From Mobula birostris (lineage: Eukaryota), in contig NC_092378.1 in NCBI RefSeq assembly GCF_030028105.1, positions 40,217,967-40,281,966 on the forward strand: DNA of 64,000 nt, read 5' to 3'. The position numbers and the translations under genes are program-made. The notes under the pieces are model-generated. The model saw only the letters and a list, made by a program, of their open reading frames with translations. It was not told the origin of the DNA and ran no database searches. Positions 1-12,000 of the stretch are shown one piece after another; positions within the stretch are counted from its first letter, which is position 1, and each line of letters starts with the position of its first letter.

Positions 1-164
1 TTGATGGAGACACAAGAAATTGCAGATGCTAGAATCAAGCTACCGCCCAGTGGGTCAAAGAAAGGCCAAGGAATGGTTGACTTTTCAGGTTAATACCCTT
101 CACTAGGACTCCTGCAGTTTCAATGGCTGAGTGTCGGCAGTAGCCAGCAAGATCAGACCCAATA

Positions 165-1012
165 AAATTGCAGTTCTTTATCCCGGTAAGATGGTGGTGC
201 ATCCGATTGCAGCGGCTTCTACAGAGTCAACAAAGGGTCCTTTTTAAATGTATTTTTTATGATCGCAAGATCCTAATAGATATTAAGAACTTAAAGTACT
301 GCAGGTCTACTCCATCAGTGAGTTGCTCGTTGGTACAGAAACATAAGGAGCTGGACTTGATGCAGATCATGTGGCTGCTTGCAACAGAGAGGCTTCAGAA
401 GAGCTGATGCGCTAAGGAGGCATGCAGTCTAATATAGAATGACCGCCTTAGGCACTTTTTTTTGTGATCGTAAGACCCTTTCGGACATTGTTAATGTAGA
501 ATGCTGCAAGTCCGATTCACAGATTTATTAGTGTACAGCAGGGGAGCTGCATAGCCTCAGTCATAGCGAGGAGTAGGCCTCAAGCCACACTTCGCCTATT
601 ACAGACATCCCACCCTGCAAAAACTTACTTCAGGGAGGTAGCACCATCAATTTGCGGGAGACTCCCAGAACTTCCAGGAGAGATGGGCTGTCTGCAATAG
701 AATAGCTCCTTAGCAGCTAGCCAGCTAGTTTAAATAATGTTAGCTATGCTAATGAACGAATGACACCTGTTAAACTCACCTCAATATGTCTTTTACCATC
801 TTAACCCACCATGGGCAATAGAAAAGTCACTGTTGCAAACAGTGCAGCGAGCAACACTGTCATTATTTTTGACCCCTATTAGGCAGGGGTACACTTTAGG
901 GTAGTCTGGAGTGACGTACGTTTGATATTTTCTTTTTTTGGAACACTCTGCCATGGCGCGTGCGCTCTCTCTCTCACGCGCGCGCTCTCGCTCTCTCTCA
1001 TGCTCTCTTTTG

Positions 1013-1055
<43 letters not shown>

Positions 1056-1540
1056 AAAAAAATTGATTTCCAGGATATTGTATATAATTTGCGAGCATCA
1101 GGGAGTCACCATTAGTATGCAGGAGACTCCCCGAACTTCCGGGAGAGGTGGGATTTCTGCTATTAACAACTGCTAGGACAGAGGCTTTGAAGCAAGTGCA
1201 CTCTACTGGGGGTGGTGTGGCACAGCATCCAGACTGCTGTTGGTGCTGCCCCCCCACCCCCCCACCAGTATTTGCCCGGCAGAAGACAAGCTGTATTGTG
1301 GTTGACTGCAGATTTCTACAGCATTCATGAACTCAGCATCTGGACTATTTTTTTTTGTGTGGCTGTATTTTACTGATATCTTACAGGTGCTTGACACCTT
1401 GTATGTGCTATGTGTACATTATGCTGTGTGTGACTGTTGGTACTGTGCTTTGCAACTTGGTCCCAGAATAATGCTGTCTCACTTGGTTGTATTCATGAGT
1501 ATTCATGTATGATTGAATGATAATTAAACTTGAATTGAGA
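165..1540 (+). repeat. Interspersed repeat (non-autonomous LINE-derived family), interrupted by a MITE
   Basis: Colinear similarity to 16170-16990 (tatgatcgcaag, ctggactt, gtgatc..aagaccc, terminal aaacttgaa(c/t)tga tail). Confidence 0.6.
602..1159. mobile_element. MITE / non-autonomous DNA transposon
   Basis: TIRs CAGACATCCCACC (602-614) and GGTGGGATTTCTG (1147-1159), flanked by direct repeat CTATTA. Internal (CT)n microsatellite at ~960-1055. Confidence 0.75.
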
Positions 1541-2358
1541 TCCGATCCCTAAAGAGAAATTCCAAGTTTAAATGGAGAGAAATGACTATTAGGAAGTGAG
1601 GAAAGCTTCATATAATTTATGGGAAATATTAAAAATTTATCTGAAATATGAAACTTTAAAATATTAGTCTTTTCAAGTTTTATTTTTTAACAATTTTAAT
1701 TACTAGGACTTGTTTTAATTTTGAACATCTGTGAATCTGTCAAGGATGTGCACAAATAATCGAGCTATTTAACAAAGGGTACACAAGAAATTGTTCAGGA
1801 TTAACAGTAAATAGGAACCTGGTTAGAAAGTCAATGGATTAGCAACAGGCATGGTTGGCAAGCTACCACAAGGAAATTCTGGGTCATTATTAGTACTATC
1901 AAACATCTAACATAACTGTGTCACCAGGATCTGAACTGTTAGCTGATGTCCTTTCTTCAAAAGGCATCCATCTGCAAAACAGGGCTTTTAATTTGACAGG
2001 TGTGATTTTAATTTCTTTTTTCAGGAATGTGCCATCAAGCAATAAGTATTCAAATAGGGGAAAGTTGATATTTTGAAACAACATTTTAGCAGGACTTTGA
2101 GTTTTTAAAACGTTCAGGTTTTCTTCACCAGTACAACAATAACACAGCAAAGGCCATCAAGAAAATGAAAGGTTTGGATTCAAGTGAGGTTGTGATGAGA
2201 GGACATATTGCTGCAAAGCCAATGGGAACTCTCAAAAATGGTAGTACCTGCAAAGATTGACAGCGACTGAATGAAGTAGGATTAAACTAGCTGATGAAGA
2301 TAAGCATTAAAACAGACAGGCAAAAGATGTAATTACTATATAAATTACTATATATAAT

Positions 2359-2785
2359 ACTTCGGGCTGACCGGAAGTGCACTGAGAGCGGTGAGCGTAA
2401 AGGAGTTGGGGGCTTGCTGTTCTGGTTGACAATGGATGGTGCAATCCTGGTCATATTACGATCGAGGAACGTGTTTGTAGCCCGGATATTGAATTTTTTG
2501 CTACTGGACTCTGGCCATATTCCACTGAGATACAACACTGGCTGCCATCGGAGGTTGTTCCTGCCTGCGGCCACCGAACTTTGCAGCTCCTCCCGTGGAG
2601 GGTCAGACACCCTGAGCCAATAGGCTGGTCCTGGACTTATTTCCATCTAGCATAGTTTGCATATTGTTGTTTGATTGATTGTGGTTTTTGTATTTCTATA
2701 TTTATGCTCTATTCTTGGTTGGTGCAGCTGTAACGAAACTCAATTTCCCTCAGGATCAATAAAGTATGTCTATGTCTATGTCTAT
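2359..2785 (+). mobile_element. Short non-autonomous Rex1/Babar-type LINE derivative
   Basis: The 3' ~270 bp is near-identical to the end of the LINE at 25550-25810 (...GGSD.LSQ*), with AATAAA and a (TATGTC)n tail. Confidence 0.7.
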
Positions 2786-2895
2786 AAAAAAAAAGGTTCT
2801 ATATATTTTATAGAACAGCTTTTCACCAATTGACAAAGATACATAATTGTTTTTACACATATTATCACAGGAATATTTTATTGTTTCAGTCTTAC

Positions 2896-3030
2896 CATCA
2901 CATGTTACTTGCAACACCTGTGTAGGTAATTTCAATTGTCTTCCAAATCGTGATTTTAGCTTCCCTATTGTAAGGCAGATCGGTAACGCCACTGTCATCA
3001 CATCATCAGAAGGGAGCAAAGCAACTTTAA
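2896..3030 (-). CDS. IQUB: IQUB exon, start of ubiquitin-like domain (135 nt, phase 1-1)
   Basis: ttttaattcag acceptor and G|gtaag donor. Encodes (V)KVALLPSDDVMTVALPICLTIGKLKSRFGRQLKLPTQVLQVTCD(G). Confidence 0.92.
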
Positions 3031-6000
3031 CTGAATTAAAAAGCAATACAATAAATTAGTTTTCACAGTAGTTGAATGACAGAACAGTATTGAATTAGAT
3101 ATAGTAATGCATTCTTTAAAAACAAAAAAATTAAATTATCAGCTGGTATATAATGTTAAAATAAACCCCGTCCAAAATGTTGTCAAGTATAAAAAAAGAT
3201 TTTATGCCAGAATTAAATTAACCAAAAGTGTGCATTTGTAGAATCCAATATTCTTAATGCTTCCCTACAGTTTTGACTACTACAAAAACATGTTGCTACT
3301 GTGTAGTATCATTAATATGCAAATATCCAGAAACAACATGCATATTATAAATAATTACATACCATGCAAATGCCTTGCATAATACTGGTTAAAGTTCTGA
3401 AAAAAAACTTTAATTCTCCTGACAAGTTAGTTGAATTGCACTCAGTAACAAAGACTCAACTGAAAATTATTAAGTGTAACATGTTACCTGTGGCTGTACT
3501 ACTGGCAAAGTCTGGTGATGGGGTCTTTGGTGGAGCAGGATATGACTTTAATGTGGATCTTTTTTTTATGTCTCTATCAGCAACAGTCCCAGGTGTTTGT
3601 AAAAGCAAACATTCAGTAGCTAAATGAGGAAAAAAAATAAATGAAAAGTAAATCATTAAGTTTCCATTGGCCTCTTTCTGATTTACAGCGCCTTTTTGAT
3701 AGACTCTTCATAACAACTCTAAGATTTGGTTCTACAAGTATAAATAAATATTACTGATGATAACAAGCAATGCCTTATTGTTAATATTTATTTCTTAATT
3801 GAGACCAGGAACATGAGTGTCATGGCAAGGCCAGAATCTCTTTCAAATTCTTAGTTGACTCTGAGAAGATACTGGTGAGGCAAGCTCTTGAATAATAGCA
3901 GTTTTCCTAATCTTGTTGCTGAATAGGGTGTTCCTAAATTGTACCTGGTGACAATGAAGAAATGGCAATATACTGTATTGCCTTCAAGATGCTGTTATCA
4001 CACATTTGAAAGGTGCACTTGGAGAGGCCTTGGCAAATAACCACTGGGCATTTTTGCAGATAATACACACTACAGCCAGGATGGGTAGATTGGATGATTA
4101 AGGGTGGCAATCAAGTTCATAAGAATAAGGCAGGAGGAGAAGATGGTGGTGCGATGCAGCTTGCGGCAGCCACTCGGGTGAATGATATCTGTTATCTGTC
4201 AAGTAGGGTGCCATGCACAATCCAGATTTGATGGAGGCAGACGTGAGAGCACGGAGGAACATCTGTGAAACTTCTGAAATGCCTGCTTTGCTGCCGCTGC
4301 TACTGTGTGATCCAGAATCTCCAGAGGGGAAGGCTCCGAGTCCTTGGCTTTGCTTCTTGCTCGGCAGCCAGGGCGGGGTCGAAGCGCTTGGCAGAGATGG
4401 TGCTCGGTGCTCGGTGTTGGAGAGCTGGTTGGAGGCTCGAAGTTTTCGGACAGACTCGGCTGTGGTCAGGTGCTCACAATGCATCGGCAAGTTTGCGGCG
4501 CTTGGAGTTCATGGCAGGGAGAGTTTCTCCCTTCTACCATCTGCGTGAGATAATGGGGCTATCGGGACTTGAGACTTTTTTTTACCGTGCCCGTGATCTG
4601 CTCTTTATCAAATTACGGTATTGCTCTGCACTGTTGTAACTACATGTTATAATTATGTGGTTTTGTCAGTTTTAGTCTTGGTTTGTCCTGTGTGTCTGTG
4701 ATATCTTTCTGGAGGAACATTCATCATTTTTCAATGCATGCATTTCTAAATGACAATAAACGAGGACTGAGTGTCCTCATAATCCAATCTAATCATTTTT
4801 GCTCAAGATGGTATCAAGTCCCTTTGACTAACCATTGCATTTTAAGTATCTTACACATTTGTTACCCATGTGCCAAATCAAAGGCAACAAGACAAGAGCA
4901 AAAGTATGACATCGTTACTTTAAAGCAGGGTTTCTCAACCGGGGTTCCGTGAGAGGTTGCTGGTATTCTACAATAGATGGTGATAGAAATAAATCACCAT
5001 TTTTTTAAACTTTGCATGACACTAGCAATCACAGTGGTGGGCAGTGACCAACCAGTCCCATTAGCAATCTCATTAGAGGTCTCTCAGCATGGTATGGCAG
5101 TGTGCAGTAGGACTATGTTTATTCTCAGTGTATATTGCGAGATAGGGGAGGGCATTGATAACTGGTGAGCACTGCATTGCATGGAGGGGAGGATAGTAGG
5201 CTGATGATGAGCACTGTATTGCACGGAGGGAAGTGCGGTAGGCTTATGAGGACTGTGGTGCCTCTTCCAAGCATTGAATGGACTTGTCAACCTGGGCTGT
5301 GATGTCTCTCCCGAATTATCTCCCCCAACCGCCCCTTATGCGCCGACACCAAATTTATGGGAGTGAACAAACTCTACCAGTACAGTAGAAAATTTGAGGG
5401 AAATTTTGATTCTAAAGAAAGATTATTTACACACCATGACTCAGCTGTTGGCCTGCCGTTTTGGTGGATTGCGTAGGTTAGATGTCAATTGTATTCTGAA
5501 GTGTTCGTATTTTTTGTGGTTTTCTCATTTAGTTATTTATTATACCATTTAAAAAAAATTATTAACCCTTATTTCAGTGCTTCTAGTCTGTGGTAAACAA
5601 CTTACAAATACAGCAATGGCTCCAGCAAAATTGAAAAGGCACTTAAACTACAAATCACAGCCATATGACACATAATAGTGCTGATTATTTTAAATGGCTG
5701 TTGGAATCTCAGTAAAGCTTTTAATTAAAATCAATTTACAACCTTAATTTAAATTATATCTACTGAGCCTACCTTTAGAAAAATTAAGCTAGTTGGCATA
5801 AGCTAGTTAGTTAGCAGAAACTTATTATGTTTGCCTTATGAGTTTCTAAAATTTATGAAACAGAAAGAGATTAATTTCAAGAAAGGTAAGCTAAGCTTAA
5901 CTATCCATTAGTTTTTTCAAGAAAGGTTGACTAAAAAATCATTCTCTACTCAGAAGAGCATTGACAATTATTTTTAGATTATTATATCTACACCTACATG

Positions 6001-9000
6001 CTACATACTGTGAGCTGTAGATGTAATAATTTCTACACAGGGGTTCCCTAAGACCTGAACATTATTTCAAGGGTTCATCGAAGGCAGAAAAGTTGAGAAA
6101 GACTACCTTAAGGAATCATTGCTCTGATTAACTTCCGTCAAGACAGGAGTTTCCAAAGTTAATGGGAAGGTTCTATGATATTAAAAAAGTTGGGAACCAC
6201 TGCTTTAAGAAGAGATAAGGCCCAACATGTTTTCATAGGAAGTGGATGTAGAAAGCTATTGTTCCTCTGTGCACTGCCACTAAGAACCAAATTGCTACTT
6301 GTAAATCAATAAAATGGGGTACAGTGGGAGAGGTGAGAATAGAGCATAAGATATATTGGGGTGAGAGTGGAATTAATAATGCACTGATTAGACTGATATA
6401 GCAATGATCAGGACTACACTGCTTCCTGTCAGTAAATAAGAGAAAATACACACCATGGCTGTTATATTTTGTAACTTCAAAACATTAAACTAATTCAAAG
6501 GAAGACACGGGAGTCTGAAATATGAGTCTAACTTTGTATTTACTTTGAGTTAGGTGTGCATATATCACGTAGTAGCTTGATAACATATGCATTTCATGTT
6601 TTTATACATATAACCCATAATGAATTATTTTAATGAACAAGAAAGCATAATCAATCTATATATATATATATATATATAAACACACTGAAATACATCACTC
6701 AAATATCACTGAAGTATTAAATACACAACACTTCTCCTTGCTTACCTATATACTCGACTCAACAGAGAATGCATCTCAACTATATACACTGTATACTATA
6801 CTGTGTAATTAAATTATTATACACTAACATCTACAGCATAGTAAATTTTTAAATCATCCCATTCAGGCCTAAAGATTTAATTGCTGTGCAGGATTTCTTA
6901 CTCTTGTTGGGTAATATTTTTCCTGACGAGGAGAATCACTCTGCTTGGCAGGTGAGACTTCCGGTTGTGAAACCATCTCAGGTTCTGAGGCCTCCTCTAT
7001 GGTGGTTGTAGGAGTTGATTCTGAGACTGCAGGAAGTGGTTCTGACAGTAGTAGCCACCTTTCTTGTCTAACAATTGGGTCAGCCCTCCTCTGATGATTG
7101 ATCTGTCATTTCCAGGTGGTATTAGGTGTAATCTCCAGTCTGTGGGCGAATGCTCCCGTTCTGTCCTTAATCTTTCTGAGCACCCACTTCTGATCACCTC
7201 TGTAGTCCTTTGCCAGGACTGTTTGTCGAGGAGTGAAACATCAAACCTCCTTGTTTGAGGAGCCTTGAATTTGTCTTAGCTGTTTGTCCTGCACACTCCT
7301 TCTGAGATTGGGTTTGAGCAAATCCAAGCGTGAATGCAAGGGACAACCCAGGAACGGCATGGCTGATGAATTGTTGGTTCTGGAGTGTGCTGCATTGTGA
7401 TATGCAAGGAGGAAATTGGCGAGCTTTTGATTCAGTGTCAGTGCAGTGTTCTGCTGACATTGCTTGCAGTGCATTCTGTAGACTCCGGATAAACCTTTAT
7501 GCCAGGCCATTTGTAGCTGGGTGGTAAGGTGCAGATATAACATGCCTTATTCTATTCATTTTTAAGAATGACCAAAACTGTTCTGCCACACACCAAGGTC
7601 CATTGTCACTGACTAAGTGATCTAGAACACCATTCCTTGCAAAGACACTTCTTAACACATCAAAAGTGTGCAAGGCTGTAGAGGAGGCCACTGGGGACCC
7701 TTCTGGCCATTTTGTAGCTGCATCTACCATCACCAAGAAATTTGTGGCCATGAATGGTCCAGAAAAATTCACATAAGTCCTCTGACAATGCAAAGCAAGC
7801 CAAGCCATTCCCAGGTATAGAGAGGCACTGCTCTTGGTATCTTTTGGACGTGTTGGCATCCCACATAGTGCATGCAAACTGCTCAATCTGCTGATCTATC
7901 CCAAGCCACCCAACAAAGCGTCAAGCCAACACTTTCATTTTGACCATGCCTTGATGACAGGCATGGAGCTCCTCCAATACTTCAGCTCTCAGCTTGGATG
8001 AGGCAACTCTCAATCCCCACATAAGGTAATCTCCATCAAGAGCAAGTTCATCTCTGTCCTGACAAAAAATGGGAGAAGTAGAGTTTCTGCTGCATATTCA
8101 AGCCATTTTGCATGGCAATGTAGATCTGAGACACTTTGGGGTCCCTCCTGGTTTCCCTTTGCATTATCACTGCTGTAATATAGAGACTTCCGATTTGAGT
8201 TAGTGAGAATATGGCAAGAGGAGCATCTTTTCTCATTAATTTTTTACAGTATTTCCTTTTCCAAGGGTAAACAGAACACTCCATCAACATTTCCATGATT
8301 AGTCATCCTTTTGAATTCAATTTTGTAATTGTGTACTCCAAGAAACAGAGCCCATCCCTTTCTGTGGATTAAAAATGGACACTAGTAGTTGATGATCAGT
8401 ATATAATGATCTCCCATACAAGTACTGATCAAAATGTATTACACCACAAACTGGACTCAAGGACTCTCTGGCAATTTCTATGTGATTTTTCTCTGCAATT
8501 CCATCACTCATCACATGTGACATGACTGCATCTATACCATAAGGCAAGCTTTACTGGCCGAATATGGTTCATAATGTGTGAGTACAGTATCTGAGTACAT
8601 TTCCTTTACTTTTTTGAATACCATTCGCACTGCTTTGTCCACTGCCATTTCTTTCCGATCTTCAGTGATGAGTTCAAGGGGTGTAGCACACAGTATCCAG
8701 ATTTGGCAAGAACCTGTTATAGTAGCAGACAAATCCTAAAAAGGACTGCAACTGTGACATGTCCTTTGGCCTTGGGACATCCAGCATTGCTGAATTTTCT
8801 CAGCACACTTGCGCAATCCTCGTGTGTCATCAGTGTAACCACAGTTAAGTGGTGCATGGTTTAAAGAATTCACACTTGTTGCATCATGCTCTGAGCCCAT
8901 AATTTTCTAATCTTTTTAACACTGTCTTGAGGTTTTGGAGAAGTTCGTTGTCATCCTTAATGGTACAATGATGTAATCCAGGTAACACTGAGTGCTTGGG

Positions 9001-12000
9001 CAGCCTTGAAGCACCTCGTCCATAGTTTTCTGCCAGAGTGCAGATGCAGATGCACATGCTGCTCCAAAAATAAGCCTATTATTTTTTGCAAAGCCCTTTG
9101 TAAGTGCTTATGCTGTGAAAAACTTTGGACCCTCCATAAATGTTTGCAGAGATAACCTCTATCCTGGCATAGGGTATTCATCTACTTTCAGCACTGGGTT
9201 GATGGTGAGCTCTATATCGCCACAGGTGCCGACATACCGATTCTTCTAGGCTATTGGGGCCACTGGCATTACCCGTGAGCTCCTTTCAAGCTTGGAATGA
9301 ATTCCTTCAGTCTACATGCGATCGAACTCCCTAGCCACTTTATCACGGATGGTATAAGGAAACAGATGTGCTTTGCAAAACCTTGGTATGGCATTTTCAT
9401 TTAACACTATTTTACCCTTGATATGTTTGAGTGTTCCAATGTCATCACTGAACTCTGCTGTGACATCATCCAGTACCATTCTTAATTCGCTTTCTTATAG
9501 GGGATGTGGCCTGCAAATAGTGGGTGGATCTCCAATCAAGTTGTAGTTGTTTCAGACAATCTTGACCCCACAATGCTGGTCCTCGTGCTTGTACCACTTA
9601 CAAGCTCAATGTGGCTTGTTGGTTGTTGTATTTCACTGTTATAAATATCATTTCCGAAAGAGTTATCTTTTCTCCAGTATAAATTCTGAGTTGGATATCT
9701 GCAGGCTTCAGTTCAGTATCCTTGAAATGCTGTTCAAACTCTTTTTCTGGAATGACTGAAACAATGCAGCCAGTGTCCAATTCTATTTTAATTAATTTGC
9801 CATTTACTTCTGCTGTAAGCCATATTGCTTGTCTGTTGTTAGCTTTCACATTGTAAATGTTAAAACTATCCAGCTCTGTGTCACTCTTATCATTATCAGA
9901 TTTTTTCATCCCCGGCATGCAGATTAGTATTCTTTTTGAAACTGCAACTTGACTTTTTATCTTTGTCTCTTCTCACTGCAGACCATATAGTTTTGTCTGC
10001 CTGACATGTTCTTTGTATGTTTCTTACTTTGTTGCATTTTCTGCAAGTTTCACCTTTACATCTGCATTGGTCTGGTGAACGTGAGCCCCTGTCATAATGG
10101 TAATACCATTTGTTCGGCCAGGCTGATTTCTCTTTAGACCTTGCCATTTTGTTCATGCTCAATTTCATTCCTGACTGCAACTCAATTATGTCTCTGCAAG
10201 CTGTTTCCATTGATACAGCAATTTCAACTGTTCTTTTTAATGTGAGTTGTGCTTCCATTGGGAGCTCTTTTTGAATGCTTTCTTGTAAGATTCCACAAAC
10301 TAAACAATCTCTCAGTGCATCAATAAGCTCATCATGGAAGTGACCATGACAATCTCTTCAATTCAGCCACACACGCTGGAATGGACTCCCCTTCCTTTTG
10401 ATTCCACTTGTGAAACCTAAAGTGTTCTGCAGTCAACAATGGCTTCAATTCTAAATATTGTTGCATTACTTTCACAATAGTCAGCAAAGCTTACTTCTGC
10501 TGGTTTGGTTGGAGCAGTCAAACTTTAAAGCTATCTGTATGCCTTTGAACCCAATGCACTCAACAAAATGGGTACTTGATTATCATTGGCTATTTCATTT
10601 CCACCAAAATACTGTACAATTAGCTCAGTATACATGAGCCAATTACAGGTTATGTAGTCAAACACATTAATCTTTCCGATGTGACCAGCCATTCCTGTTC
10701 TTTTTATTTACGATTATTATTACCTGGCACTCACTGTTTATGAACCCTGAATTCTTCCATTTTCTGCCTTTTGTTTTAAAGTCAACTGTCTCTGCACAAG
10801 CTGTGCTCTACTGTTTTTTACTCACCATTTCTCACTGCACTTTTTTTTACTCCAACATCTCCCTGCCTTTCAACAGGTCAGTAGCCATCTCAGGTTTGTT
10901 TTAAAAATACCTTATCACCACTATTATGTTTTGTAACTTCAGAACATTAAACTAATTCAAAGGAAGACAAGGGAGTCCAAAATATGTGTGTAACTTTGTG
11001 TCTATTTTAAGTGAGCCATGCATGTATCAGGTGGTAGCATGATGATATATGCAGTTCATGTATTTATACCTATAACCCGTAATGAAGTATTAAATAGAAC
11101 AAGAATACTTAATCAAACAATATACATACAAGATTATTCAAATATCAAATACACAAGAATGGATTTTTTAATTAGGTTCCTCCTGGACCTAATAAAGCAA
11201 CCACTAACATATGTTTGTGGTCTTCTGCTGCTGTAGCTCATCCACTTCAAGATGCAATAAGTTGTGCATTAAGAGATGCTGTTCTACACACCACTGTTCT
11301 AACACATGGTTATTTGAAATAGTGTCACGTTCCTGTCAGCTTGAAGCAGTATGGTCATTCTCCTCCTCTCCTTTCTCATTAACAAAATTTTTTCATCCAT
11401 AGAACTGCCACTCGCTGGCTGTTTCTTTTTGACTTTTTGCACCACTTTCTGTAAACTTGAAATACTGTTGTGCATGAAATTCTCAGGAGATCAGCAGTTT
11501 CAGAGATACCACACCAGCCATTCTGGCAGCCACAATCATTCCATGGTCAAAGACACTTAGATCAGGTTTCAACAACTGAAACTCCTCACCATGTCTGCAT
11601 GCTTTTATGCATTGAGTTCCTGCCACATGATTGGCAGATTAGATATCTGCATTAGCAAACAGGTGTACCTAACAAAGTGGCCACTGAGGTCTTCTCATGG
11701 CCCCATCTGGCTCTCCTAATTTCATTCTTAGGCTCCTTCCTGCTAGCCTTATAATCTTCTAGATCTCTAACATTACCTAGCTCTCTAACATTGCCTCACT
11801 AACTCAAACTCAGTTCACTTATTCCTTAAATAGTCGTGACCTGAGACTTTAATGCAACTCCAAGACACTAGCAATCATCAGAATGCAACTTAGCCTTGGG
11901 GACAGATCACCAATTCACTTATACTTGAAAACATCCTTTTCAATAGGCACTTCAGAAAATTATTTGATTCATGCCCAATGATTTTGCTAATATCAAAAAC

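Noticed and set aside
922-1176. ORF rich in LS repeats
   Set aside because: Translation of a (CT)n microsatellite inside a MITE.
1899-2150. 83-aa minus-strand ORF as the next IQUB exon
   Set aside because: No similarity to the expected G.....ETL...GV continuation and no fitting splice sites. The next exon is presumably left of the window.
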